From assembly GCA_023515725.1 (NCBI GenBank), contig JALDTO010000208.1, positions 233,391-297,390 on the forward strand: a stretch of DNA of 64,000 nucleotides, read 5' to 3'. Both the position numbers and the translations under genes were made by a program. Of the stretch, positions 27,733 to 41,331 are shown one piece after another. Below the pieces are notes generated by a model. The model had not been told where the DNA came from and searched no databases. It worked only from the letters and a program-made list of their open reading frames with translations. The stretch is from Amoeboaphelidium protococcarum X5 (lineage: Eukaryota; Fungi; Aphelidiomycota). How positions within the stretch are numbered: position 1 is the first letter of the stretch; every line of letters begins with the position of its first letter.

Positions 27733-29304
27733 ATGTCGTATTAAAATTAATTTGGTGTCGGTGGTGAGAAGACTTAAGGAAGACAGAGATATGATGATTC
27801 TTTTTCTTCACACCACACCATGACTAGCCGCATTACGTAGTAGAGTCCTTTGATGGGAGGTGGAGGAAGTGATTAGTAGAGAAGGCAAGAGTCGATTGGT
27901 TCGCTGGTGACTGCTCTATTCTCTCATAAATGTGCATATAATGGTCAAGGATAAGGTGGTGCACATACGCGAGCACCATATATATAGAATTCACGTTAGC
28001 ATTTGGGCTAGTAACGCTGTCATGATGGATATCAACTTGCGAATACTCAAGATTCCGACAGCGATGCCGATTTTGATGATTCTTCACCTTATTACACTTC
28101 TGCTAATATTAATATTCCCATAAAGCCACAGCAATTGTCGTCATCATGCTTCACTCGTGCTTCTTAATTTAATGCTGATAGAATAAGGAAATTATAGCGG
28201 AAAAGACGCAATAGGCTCATAGCGATCGTGTGTCTGCTCGTTCTCCTGCTTTTGGGTACAGCGATGGCTGCTGTTGTGGTACCTAAGCCTTCGCAGCATT
28301 CCAAAGATTTGTATAGAGGTGAAAGAGTGCTGTATGAGGCAGATGGTAAATGGATACATCAGCTGTCTGTGGAGGGTAGAAAAGTGTAGCGTGTTCTACT
28401 CTTTCGTGAACAGCCACCCATGACTAGACGTGAGAAGTTTTCACATGAGATGGCTGTAGATTTGAGCCTGTCACAATTGTCTTATTATAGGATTGCTGCG
28501 TATGATGGCTCTGCACTCTCTTTAAAGTGGGGATTGAATATGATGCCGAATTCTATAGTCAATCTGTAGATTATTGAGGGCCAGGATGGATTTAATCGAT
28601 TGCAAAAGGGCCAGTTACTGCTTGGTGATAGAGAAATGAAGATGAAGTTATTTGGTGTAGAGCCATATGGCACAGTCAATTATACTTTTAGGAGTCATAC
28701 TGGGAATACTAGGAAGAGAGCTGTATATTTTATTGTATTTTAAGTGAAGACTATTCCTCTCATTGTTCCATCCTCGTAATCATAGGCCACAATTAGAATT
28801 GGAGGGAGTGCCAAGTTGGATGTTGATCTTTTAACTTTTGATACTTCTAAACTGGAACCTGCTCAAAGTTGCGATGAAGCACCTTGTCAGTTTGTAATCG
28901 CACCCACTTAGCGGTTTCTGCTCATCGACGGTCCAGATAAAGATTATACTGGCGCACCTGGCTATTTCTATTATGAAGAACATGCTCGTTTGTGGCCTTA
29001 CTTTGCGCTTTTTGGTACTCTTTGTCTTGCCTCGCTCCTGGTTGCCTTACTTGCATGCGCCGTTTATATTCGTAAATCCTACTCAATATCTCCGCAGTCC
29101 GCTTAAAACAGTATCATAAATGGTAATAACAACGCTAATGGTTTAAAATTCTGGTCATAATATTCTCTTCGTGGTAATCAAAACGGTTAATTCAATCGCG
29201 ATGTCGATCATTCGCGTTAATCAGTGTGCAATGTCAGAAATCCATCCAATGCTCAACTCGACTCTTAATAGCCGCCTGCATACAATGAATAATAACAATA
29301 ATGA
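27733..29304 (+). CDS. Two-TM membrane protein with a beta-rich loop domain (possibly APD1-4/DUF4793-like)
   Basis: 523-aa ORF; TM1 LIAIVCLLVLLLLGTAMAAVVV, TM2 LWPYFALFGTLCLASLLVALLACAVYI. Confidence 0.6.
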
Positions 29305-29365
29305 AAAATGTGAATATTATCTGTGTATTATTTTATTATTCCCTTAAAGACTTATCATTATATAT

Positions 29366-31042
29366 TCAAGCCTTAACAGTCTGCTGAGGACCACCAGCTG
29401 ACTACTTTTAAAGAGTGCCATGTTTGGACTTTCTACGACGCTTCTTACTACTTTTGGTCTAAACATCAGTGAGAGATTGAGGGGCATAAACTTCTTGTGG
29501 AGCGAGGACACTTTCATTCGATACATTGACCGGCAGAGCTTCTTCCATATCAATAGCCGGAGTACTACTCGACAAAACTCTCAACTCCATCTCGGCGGGA
29601 CGCGGTACAAAGTGATGCTGAGTCAGCGAATCTAAATTGTAACACAACTTCTAGAATAGAGACTTGATCTCCAAATGTTCAGGTTTAGGATTAGATTAGC
29701 TCAACATATCCTCTTTTGTCAATCGAATTACATCGGACTGACCATTGAGCTCTGCCGCGGCTCTAGCCTCCTAATATTCGTTCTCATACATCTGCGACAG
29801 AGACTGCGCGTTCTGATTATCATCAATCTCGAGACGCTCCCGCTTACGTCCATGTCTGTCAGCAGCACCATTCTGCGCTGATGGTGGCAATTCATACTTC
29901 CTCTCCACATCATCGAATACGGCATCTTTAATCCTCTGCTTGATCATACTCTCAATGGTAGACGTGAAATCATCAGTGATAATGGGCACCGGCTTTGAAC
30001 CATGATCAAATTCCAGCTAATGCTCAAGAAGACTATTCTCAGGACGGCTTTTACTAGTAGCTTCTCCCAGCATAGTCCATTCCTTCTTCTGAACATTTTG
30101 CTATTCCAGTTTCTCTATGGTCTTTTTCATCTTGAGCTGCTACTTTTAGAAAGGTGTCAGCTCTTCCAGATCTTTATCGCCATCATCTTACGTATCTCCT
30201 TCTAACAATAAATCTAGCTTCTCAACCTCTGATAAATCTTGTTATTCTTCATCGGATAAAGATTATTGTCTATTATCATTGCCTTACTCAACGTGTTCAA
30301 GATCAAGACCATCATCATCCATATCCAAGCCATCGTTTAACTAACTACCTTCTTACTTGCGCGAAGGAGGTGCAAAGAAGTCTGCATACATGAAATTTGA
30401 CGCGTCCAGATCCTCTTCATCCTCCTCCTCTTCTTCATCTTCATCAAGTTACAATCCCTTTACTTCTTCTTAATCAGTAAAGTCCTCTTCATCTTCATCC
30501 AGATTATCCTCGACTATTTCTTAATCAATATCACCATTCGGCGCGTCGGATATACTCTACTGATCCTGATTATCATCTTCAATGTGATCAATCAACTCTG
30601 TATCACTCTCTTATGTATCGTCAACTTTTAATATCTAATCAGATGCATCGAAGTCAAATTAGACATCGACATCATCTGAAGCTTCCGATTAACGAGAAGA
30701 TGAACCCTCAGCCTCAGAGTCGCCATCTGGCATATAAGCGAGAATCTTCTCCACATACGCATTTCGACCCATCTCAATCTGCTGCCATAGCTAATTCAAA
30801 TCCATATCTTCCACCACAAGCGATTAAAACGTGTCAAAGAGATCCAGATTATCGCTTTCATCATCAAGGCAATGGAGATCGGAGAACATTTTCTGCATAA
30901 ACTGAAGCAGATCAGTCTTTGATTTCTCCGCAGACTATAGCTAGCTGTCTTTATGATTACATTTCAGCTATAATAAGTGTCTATAATACGCAGTTTCAAA
31001 GTATTACGGTGACTAATGCATGCAAGCAATTACTCTATCCAT
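29366..31042 (-). CDS. MPP10: U3 snoRNP protein Mpp10
   Basis: QLWQQIE, acidic tract, WTMLGEA..RPENSLLE, IKQRIKDAVFDDVERK, AIDMEEALP..LAPQEVY. Confidence 0.93.
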
Positions 31043-31216
31043 GAGCGTTTTCACCATTTTTCACTCAATTTTTCAATTTTGATCAAAACGTTTTCGCTGT
31101 AAAAGGAGAAGAGCTCGATTCCTTTTGTACTGTATTTCTGGTCTAAAGCGGATATATATCCTACTTAGATATTGCGAACGCGTTTAAATTGTTTTTAATT
31201 AAAGTCTCGTGATACA

Positions 31217-32128
31217 ATGTAATCAGTGGTGGCTAAGCGATTTATTAAGTATACCAAGGTGGGCGAAGTGGTGTCGAAGCCTGATAGTATCAAGTGGCAA
31301 AAGATGTACCATCCGATTCTGGGCGAGTATGACTCTGAAATCATCTAGCAGAAGAGCAGCGGATATATAAAGTCTGACTCTAACAGTAATAGTAAAATAA
31401 ATGACGCGTATATCGATGCTCTATAAAGTCATCCGCGTCTCGCTGGTTAGTAGTCGCTCGGTCAAGAGTAGTAGCAAATGTAGCTGATGCAGATGCTTAG
31501 GAATAATCCTCCTGGTGTTAGCGACCATTTAAAAGATTCAATTGGTAAGCTTCGCTTGGGCCAGGTGATATATCTTAGAAGAAGAACTTAGCTGGATGGC
31601 CCCGTTGAAGATCGCCAACTACTGTCTGTTTTTGGTCTCATCATTCAGTTGAATTTGCCAATCGATCTATTGAAGAGGGAACGCCCATCGCTCGACACTT
31701 CTTCCATCTACAGACGTGATAAACTGGAAGCTAACCCATTTGTACGCGTCCGTGGTGTGATATCTAATGTTGGCGTAGAATACAAGATCCCGCTATACAG
31801 TCCTCTATTACACGATATCCACATTTTGAAAGAGTCTCCCTTAGTTAATGATGATACCTCCTCCAATGACAATAAAGTCTTACTTAGCGTGACTGGCGGT
31901 CTTAACCTATTCGGTGTTCGCGGTGATGGTGTGACATACAAACGATCTCTTGTGGACGCTGAGCTGAGTGGAGAGAATGACCAGTAGACTCCGGACTGCG
32001 TGGAGAAGTTGTCAAAGTACATCAATATAAACGTTCTCAGTGACAAGGGAAGAATGGCAATGATCAGGTAGCTGAATGCGGCTATTAGAAATGGGGAATC
32101 ATTGGATGCAATTAAGGCATCGATTTGA
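31217..32128 (+). CDS. Divergent mitochondrial ribosomal protein bL19m (Img1/MRPL19-like)
   Basis: LRLGQVIYL..VFGLII..VRVRGVISNVGVEYKIPLYSPLLHDIHIL. Confidence 0.6.
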
Positions 32129-32194
32129 ATTTGATAAGAATTAAAGTATTACATTATACACTTGAAGTCTTACTCTCATATTAACGTTGCGTCA

Positions 32195-35100
32195 TCATTG
32201 TTGTTTGTTGGAGGAGGTGATGGATTTGAAGAGGCTCCTGATCTTCTGGCGCTGCAGCAGTGTAGATAAGCGATTGTTTTCTCCAGTAGGTTCACTGTTA
32301 TGATTTTGGACACCATTTACATTTACACCAACATTCCCGATCCAACCAATTTATCCTAGCATACCGTCAGACTTCTTCTTTGCATTGAGTACTAATTGTT
32401 GAGGAATACCAGCCATTAATGCAACGTCAAGTCCATGACTAGATGCACTTGCACCATCAATCAGTTTGTACAGAAACACTATATCTCTTCTCTTCAACTC
32501 ACCACCACATTCATCATCACCATTATCATCAATTTATTAATCAGGCACCAGAGTCTACATGTGCATGCAGCGTACATTCTAGTGACCCACATAATCTTTA
32601 GTCAACAGAGCATAATGAGTGCTAAATAAGCCAAGACAACGTGAGGATTCAACCAAGTAGGCTAGCACTGCAAAAGCAATAGAGTAACCATCCATCGTTC
32701 CCGTACCTCTTCCAAGCTCATCCAGAATGACAAGCGAGTTAGAGGTTGCATGTTTCAGAATCCTACTTGTCTCTGCCAGCTCGACCATAAATGTAGACTG
32801 ACCAGCTATTATGTTATCATTGGCACCAATACGGGTAAACACACGGTCAAATAGAGTCATTTCACACTTGGTGGCGGGGACATAACAACCAAGCTGGGCC
32901 ATAATAACGAGGAGACAAGTCTGACGAAGCATTGTACTCTTACCGCCCATGTTTGCACCCGTTAAAAGAATCATATTCTATTTATCTCCGCCCAGCTACA
33001 AGTTATTAGTGATAAACGGCTTGTCACTAGTGGCAGCTACACATGGATGGCTCATATCTTGAACACAAATGAAAGCATCGCAATCAGTGAGGAACTCGGG
33101 ACGACAGCAGTTTCCTAATATTCCCCCATCTATCTTGCTGACAAGAGCAAGCGACAGATGTGCATCGAGAACTGCAACAGCTCTCACAACCTATTTATAC
33201 AAATCGTATTAATTATCAAACAGGCCAAGAGTATCTTTATACAAATCTGCCAGCAGAAGACTCTTTCGCTCAACTAATTCATTGTAATGGTCCACCAACT
33301 TGATTAATTCTGGGGTATAAAAGCGGGAACATTGCTTTGTACCACTACGCTTGGACCACATCTCCGGCACTTTCCGCAATAGAGAACTAGGCACTTCAAT
33401 TTAAAACAGTTCCTTACCAATATCTTTGAATCGCAGCTCAGAAGATCCAAGCAACTTTTACTACTATTTTAAATACTAGTTCAAAAGAGTCAACTGATCA
33501 TCCACTCTTTGCACTATAGAATCAAACTGCTCATTGATACCAGCAATTAGTAAAAACTCATCCTTTTAACGCGCGGCATTGATGTCAAAGCTCAAAGTCA
33601 CCTGGTCCAAAGAGGTTTTCAAACTGCTGAGTGGCACCTGCTACACCAGAGTCTTCAAGCTAGACTACCAAATATCAGCCGCTTCTAACAAATGACTGTT
33701 AAATAAATTATGGATGGCACAGAATCCGTCAATAACTTTCACAAAGTCTTTCAACTTTATACTTTTAGAGTGAATTCTGGTAATCAAACGTTCGAGATCA
33801 GGAAGTTTACTCAACACCTTCTATACAGTACCAACACAATCTAATTGGGAAAGATCATCGATTGCATCAAGTCTGTCGTTGATCTTTCCAATATCAAACA
33901 ATGGATGACACAGCCATTATTAGAACAATCGCTTACCAAAAGGAGCCGAGCATTTATTCAGTAGAGAGAATAAAGAACCAGCAGCTTATCCATCAGTAGT
34001 CTAGAAAATCTCCAAATTTAACAAAGACTAGCCATCAATGATCAGAGATTACTAGAATTGAAGAGGATCATAATAAGTCACTGAGCACTGAGTCAACACT
34101 TACTAATCCAAGTTCAATGATTACAGATAATAAATGATAGCACCAAGGGATGATAGAACAAGTTCATTCTGAGAACAGTTGGCCAAAGATTAAGAGTATT
34201 CATGCCTTGCGATTTCATCCACGGCTTTAACCGCATCGTAAAACTATTCGTACATGATCAATGGAGTCATTTAAACATTGTTAGGGAGAGAGGACTTGAT
34301 GAGCTTCACAACTTTCGGGCTAAGATTATTCTTGCCGAACAGGATTTCTTTTGGTTTACACTGGGCCAACAGAGTCTCTAGTACACTCAAGTCATCCAAG
34401 TGACAGAAATGTAAGTCATTCGTACTAGCGTCCAACAGCACCAAGCCGTACTACCCATTCTACTCTTTAATTGCCAGACAAAAGTTGCTAAGATCATCTT
34501 TAATCATTGAAGAGTCAACAAGTGTGCCCTGAGTGAGAACACACGTCAGCTCTCTTCTAACAATATCCTCCTTTTCTTGTAAACCATCACGATCTTTAAT
34601 CTACTTCCCCAGAGATGTCTCCATCTGGTCGACTCGACTCACTTTGTATCCACTCTCAATAAACTTGGTGGCCCAATAATCGAAAGAATTCTGAGGCACA
34701 CCAACCATTCTCATAACACCACGTTGCGTCAGCTTGAGATTAAATAATTGCGCGCCAATATCAGCATCATTTTCAAATAATTCATAGAACTTGCCCTTCT
34801 GAAAGAACAGAATAGTATCAAAGTGCTCACTTTTAATCTTCCAGTACTGACGCTCAAACGGAGTACAATTTCTGTAAAACTTCTCCGGCACATGGATAGT
34901 AGACGCATCATACAGCTCATCATCTGGGCGTCTTCCTTATGAATCCTTCTTATCATCCAACCATTTGTACTTCTCATCTTCCTACCGGATCTTTTTGGCG
35001 GTGGAAGCAGACACGGCAGGGGATGAGGCAATGCAAGGAGTTGACTAAGGCTCATCAAATTTACGTTTCAATGCAGGTTGTCTAGGAGTACTAAATGAGG

Positions 35101-35320
35101 ATTATTTACCAGTGGAAGATAAGTTGTCCATACGATATGTATTTTCTTCCTCTGAATTGAGCATGACCGTTCTAGGAGTTGCAACAGACTTAACACTGGA
35201 TGACCTCGTTGGTACATTAGGAGTCTTGAATGAGGATCCAGCATTGTTACTCTGAGCAGAACTCTTGGTCTTTGGAGTGAAGAAGGAATTCAACGTAGCC
35301 TACTTGGAATTCTTACTCAT
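32195..35320 (-). CDS. MSH6: DNA mismatch repair protein Msh6
   Basis: PIP box (TAG=Q)[44 protein letters not shown]; 1041 aa. Confidence 0.96.
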
Positions 35321-35725
35321 ATTTAATCTTGTACAATACTGGTTGAATTATAGTCGAAACTAGACAGAGCGAGACTCTGAATGAAAAGATACTCTGTTTC
35401 GCGCGTCTATGAAGAGAGCAGAGAATGAGAGAGAAAGAGGAAGAGGATGACGCGCGTGAAACACCGCAACTGGAGATCAAAACAAAATTTGGTTTCAAGA
35501 TCTGTTTGTTTCAGACTGGTGAAACCGAAACCACAGTCCGTCAACACAAAGCTCGTAAGCGACGCGTTACGAATACGGCAGGTCGGAACCGTTTCAAGTA
35601 ACGTTCATGACGCGACTATAAATTCCCTTTCAGACAATGTCCATTGTTCTCCTCAAACTCATCTATCAACTTGCACAGTTATCTATCTATCTATCTACCC
35701 GATAAAGTACCAACTATATATAGCC

Positions 35726-36606
35726 ATGTCTGTTATCCGCTTCATTGTCGCTGCTTCTGCGCTAAGTTCTGTAATTGTATCGAGGGTGGTGGTGCCTACT
35801 CAGTTTTGCAATCTAATTCCATCTGGTAGCTACTGCAATCCAAGCAACTAGAGGGTGGTCATCAACTGTCCTGAGTCTATCTAGACTTGGTGTCCTCAAG
35901 ACAGTGTCTGTGTGGAACGTCCATTGCGTAACGGAAGTGTCGCTACTTGGTAAGCTTGTCCATATTGTGCTTATCATTGAAATTATTTACGAAATTACTA
36001 TGAAGTGTAGCTAAAAGAATTACAAGTCTCTCGCTATTGACTCCTGCGTTGGTATAAAAATAAAATCATCCAAGTGCCTTGATGAAACTACCATTGTCGA
36101 ATGCCCAAAAGCCAACGTGTTCAAGTGTTCTGCCGGACTCAAATGTGTTAAGCGTGGATTTCGCGCATATTGCCAAACACCAGGTAAGCTATCTGTCATA
36201 ACACTACGTTAATTGCAACCAACCGTTCAATGTTTGTGTAGATCTTCCAGCTGGAGCTCAAGTTGATGTCTGCGCTGGTTATGACGGCAAAGATAAGCCA
36301 GAGAAGCAGGTGTGTGATGTCATTAATCTAAGGAAAATTGTCACTTGCCCATCTGGAAAGTCATCTCTATGCCGAACTGGATTCGTTTGTAGTCTGGTGA
36401 ATGGAACCGCTGGATGCGTGCCATGGGCTTAGTCAATGAACTAGTTCTGCTCAAACAAGCCTTTGTTCAGCTCTTTCTGTGTCCCAAGAGATAACGAGAT
36501 CCCTCAAGAGTTCGTCGAGTGCGGATAAATTCCAAGAGTGGTGTCTTGTCCTGAACGCGCTCGTAATTGCGTGCAAAAGAATGGCATCACTTCTGAGTGC
36601 TTCTGA
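35726..36606 (+). CDS. Secreted Cys-rich repeat protein (CBM19-like modules), introns ~35950-36010 and ~36184-36241
   Basis: Signal peptide MSVIRFIVAASALSS; about four 6-Cys modules (C..G.YC...I.CP...C...C); TATA at ~35617. Confidence 0.7.
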
Positions 36607-36706
36607 TTATCCTGTCCAATCCGCGTGTGGTGCATATAAGTAATGAAATGATGCATAGTGATGCTTTTATTGTTATTGTGAATGAATATTTATCATGTTT
36701 TCAAAT

Positions 36707-37810
36707 TCAACTACTTTCAATTGTCCATCCAAGATTTTAGTTTGCCATAAATGGAACGACTTTGATGCTTTCACCTACCGTCTTTACAAACGAAGAGACT
36801 TGGCAGTCACCTTTGATTAGAACCAACTTTGATGGTTCAGGAATCGATTGTAAACCAAATTATAATTGATAATTCTTCTCCACCTGCTCTCCGTAGATAC
36901 TCAGTCCCCTGCTGTGAGTAAACTCAGTCATAACGCGTTAGAGATCAGAGGTTGGCACGTTCATGATATCGCTGAAAGTATAAGCCAGGTATTGAGCCAA
37001 GTATTTGCTGGTGAATATCCCCGCACATCCACCTTCCAACTTCTTATCCACGGGGTGTGGTGCAGAATCACTTCCTAAGAAGAATGCGGGATTATTCAGC
37101 GCAGCATCGCGAAGTGCCATCACATCGAGCGGATACTTGGCCACAGGCTTACAATACTTGTGCACGTAGACAATATCATCAACGGTAAGAAGTAGATGAT
37201 GCGCAGTGATAGTCGCTCCTACATTCAAGTTACCACCAGATCGAACTTCCTTGACAGCATCGACAGCTGCTTTGGTGGTGACATGCTCCAGAACAATCTT
37301 GAGTCGCGGATACTTCTTGGCCAGAGATTTGAACGTGGGCAAGAACTTCTCTTCAGCATTCATGATACAAGTGTTAGTGGCAAAACAGGATCCAACCTCA
37401 CCATGCAGCATTAGAATTAGACCGTAATCTTGCATCGCTGAGAAGACTTCATCAAATGTATCCAGGATCTAATCAGATACTACACCAGCAGAGGAGTTGG
37501 TAGTGACACCCTAAGGATACATTTTCACTCCCACAACACCATGGCGTGATGCCTTTTCAATCTCTCCGCGCGTCAATTTCTCATTCAGATATAAAGTCAT
37601 TAGGAAGAGTGTCTTATCATCCAATCGCTCCAACTTATCGCGATACTCAACAGCCATCTCAGTGGTAGTAATCGGAGGCACCAGATTTGGCATAACCGTA
37701 CAAGTCTACACTCCACCCTATCTAACGCATGGCACTACCATCTCCATCATCTCCCCGTCTCTCAGATGGATATGGAAATCATTCATCATTGGAATTTCCA
37801 ATCGCTCCAT
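36707..37810 (-). CDS. URA4: Dihydroorotase (homodimeric type)
   Basis: DFHIHLRDG, MPNLVPP, KMYPQGVTTNS, LHGE, EHVTT, CKPVAK, FLGSDSAPH. Confidence 0.96.
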
Positions 37811-37986
37811 CTTATTATTGTATTCTCACTACTACGAGAACACTTCACTTTAATTTAAAAATAAGACGGGACAATACTCTTTTAGTTGGAAGTTCCTCCT
37901 TCAGAAAAGATTAATTCAAAATTTGTTTCTTCCCCTTTGTGAAATTAAAGAATTAACTGAATTTATAATAGTAGTGCAATATAAAT

Positions 37987-39648
37987 ATGAAGAGAAAGGG
38001 AGATGATGAACAGTCACCTAGATAGGACAAATAATTTAAATCACTGAAGAAGGATGAGGACTTCACTCAGTTGGTACGTCGCATCAAGTAGAGATCGTAG
38101 AAGAGAGTTGATAATAAGCGTCTTACTCAGTCCAATAATAAGCTGGATGGTCAGAAGTTGTCCTTTATGTATTATGGACCAAATATAAAGTCTAGTCTGA
38201 TGGCTGTAAATTAGGTTGATCCCCAGGATTTACCGCCCTTCATGAAGATTAAAGCTCAGTTGGCGCATTAGAAGACGTTGGTTGAGCAAGCGAACGTGTA
38301 ATAATAATCTTCTGCATCTGCTAGAGGTGATTAGAATAGAGTTCCTGATTAGTAGCTATCAGGCACTGCATAGACTTTGTTGAAAATTATCAAAAAGACT
38401 TCCCCTCAGAGATTTTAATAAGAGAGGAATACACCTCAACGTGCATAAGATTTGAGATCTGACAGTCGTGGTTCAATAGCTGCCAACTCTAGCTTTGTTG
38501 TGTCTTCATCTCCAATTCAGTAGAAGCCTCCGCTTTAGAAATCTTTCCTTAAATCTAAGCCTTCTACTACAGAAGTATAGTAATAGTAGCGAGAGATCCC
38601 GGTGTGTAATAAGCCGTATTAGCCACCGGTAGACGCTATTCAAGTTGAGGACTCGGAGCCAGAAGTTATTGATTTGACTTCAAGTCCAGAGGTGGAGAAG
38701 AAGTCTTAGCCTCCTCCGCCCGCGACTGATGGTGGAATTAAGATACTGGGCTCACTCAGTCATTTGGTTAGGAAGGATGTGTGGAATTGTGATGTATGTT
38801 GTGCAGAGAATAAGTTGTCTGATGCGATGTGTCTGTGCTGCGAGACACCAAAGCCTGGTAGCTAGTAATAGCAATAGTAGTAGTAATAGCCTTCAGTACC
38901 AGCTTCTGTCAAACCGCCAGTATCAGAACCTGCTGTAAAAATTATCGGATCCCTTAGCCATCTGGTGTAGAAAGATGTTTGGAATTGCGACGTTTGTTGT
39001 GCTGAAAATAAAAACTCCACTCTGATTTGTCTATGCTGTGAGGCTCCTAAGCCTGGATCTGAGTCAAAGTCTTCTGATTAATAGCCGGCGGGAATTTAAT
39101 AGTTGTCTGACACTGCTGCTCCACCTAAAGCACAAATCACGCCTGGTGGATTCAGATTTGGAGATGGTGGTGCTGTTACTTCCTAACAGAGCATTGCTTC
39201 ACCGGCATTTACATTTGGATCATAGCCTAAGTCTGACCAAAAAGTGAACACTTAACCGTTACCGTCTGCGCCAGTTACCTTTCAGTTTAAAGGATTCGGA
39301 ACTCCCTCTACTACTACTTCCTTTGTAATTACAGGTTAAGATACATAGACCGAGTCGGTTGATTCTAAAGATGATTAGAAAACCGCTAAGGAGGCACCAG
39401 ATTAGGTACATACTTCCTCGAATAACAAAGTGCCTTAAGTCTCAGCCAATAACGATGCCAATGCGGATGAGATGAATGATGGACAAGATGAGTAGACTGC
39501 TGACCACTTCTAGAAGCCGAGTGAGTAAAAAGCTTTGATTGATTCTCTTCCTCAGTTTGAATTCAAAGTTGACGCGTTAAATGTCGACTTTTAACCGCTG
39601 CCTTCATCTGTGCTGAATGAGGCGTCGCTATTTTCGTTCGCTGTCTGA
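37987..39648 (+). CDS. Nup153-like nucleoporin with two RanBP2-type zinc fingers and FxFG-like motifs
   Basis: Two copies of VWNCDVCCAENK....CLCCE.PKPG; GFRFG, AFTFG, FQFKGFG. Confidence 0.7.
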
Positions 39649-39716
39649 TCAAGTTGCTTCTGCGGTTGTTGTTGTTGCAACTATTACTAAATTATTGAAC
39701 ATTAATAAAGTTAAAT

Positions 39717-40964
39717 ATGACCATTCCATCCGATTGCGCTTTCTCTTAAACTTAAACAAATTCTATTAGGTAGCAGGCTTAAGAAATTCAGTAGCAGCTA
39801 TAAAGTGTAAATGTCGAGGACAAGAGCGACGAGTTCGATGAAAGCTTAGAGTTTTGGTGTGCATTGTCGCGATTAATCAATGCTCCTCAGGATTATTTTA
39901 AAACTGCAATATACGCTCTAGTACCACCGCTGGATGAGTTCATTAAACATGAGATGGATGGAGAGTATTGCTCGCGAATTGGCATGCCTATACTGAACAA
40001 ATAAGCATTCATTCGCGTCCAATTGTAACAGAAACTGTAATGTATTGATTATTCTGAAATTTAACGCGTTCTAGAGCGGGCCGATTAAGTATAGCTCTAA
40101 TTCTAAATAGGTGATGGTCGCTCAAGGGAATACACTTATGAACATGGTAAAACTGTCATCGCTGATATTGAAGTATCTTTAGAGGAAATTCCATTCAATT
40201 TACAGTTATAGTTAAAGGTTAAATTCAGTTAATCGTCTCAAATACATTTAGATGCAGACGGTACACTTTGTTTATTTGATTACTGCTTCATGTGTTATTA
40301 AATGATTAAACTTATTCAATTTGTAGAATTGTTTACTACTTTGATTGAAACAAGAAGATTTGACATTTTGGACTTTGCTGTACCTGTGCTGAAACGGCAG
40401 TCTCCTATGGATAAAGATGTTCAATACATAGCGTGTTATGTCGATAACGGCAACAAATAAGATAAATAAAATAGCGTGGTAAAGATGGAGAGGCAAATTC
40501 AGTTTGCGCTTGTAAATGTAAACAACGCGCAAGATCTGAACTCTCTACTATCAGTTATACTCGCTGGACCATCAATGTAAGTTATCTATCACATGAAAGT
40601 TGTAATATTCAATCATAATGATGAGTGTAGACATTACCTCGAAAGAATTATTGAAAGCCCTCTAAATGCTAAATTTATTATCCCCCCTCATGGTGATCGG
40701 ATAGAAGTTCAGTTGAAGATCCACGAAACGCGTTAGAATGGACGATTTAGAGTTTCATTGTCAGTGTCTTCTCAAGGAACGCAGACATCTCTTGATCTGG
40801 TACATGATGCTTTATGTCAACGGCTGAGATACTTGCAACAGAATAAAATTGAAATTGCGAAAGGTGCCATAATAGCTGATATAAATAACAATGATGATAG
40901 TGATGATGGACTTATGAGGGACGATCGGGTGGATATTGTGGATATTGTGGATCTGATTGATTGA
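39717..40964 (+). CDS. Hypothetical protein
   Basis: 415-aa table-6 ORF ending at track ORF 40758-40964. Confidence 0.55.
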
Positions 40965-41331
40965 TTGATTGATTGTTTGATGAACATTACGGTATTGCCG
41001 ATGTTTACGCGACGAAGTTTTTCTTGGTAGATTTCAGTTACGCTTATATGTTCCTCACTGCACTTAAGGAGACATTTAAGTAGTATATTTCCATCTTATC
41101 CATAAGCTCAAGTTTGAAATGATATTATAGCTGTTGTTGAAGCATCAAATCACTCAATAATGATGACGTAATGCTTTCCGCATGAAGATCTCGCCATCGT
41201 TGCAGCCCGGTGTCCCTCTTCCTAACAACCACCTATCGTCTCCGCATCAAAGTCAAAGTTTACTCTCCTCTAAACTTTAGTAATTATTGTTTATTCTATT
41301 TACTAAGCAGTTGTAATATTTGAGTTTTGAA

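Noticed and set aside
40954-40975. (GATT)n and other short microsatellites
   Set aside because: Short and ordinary
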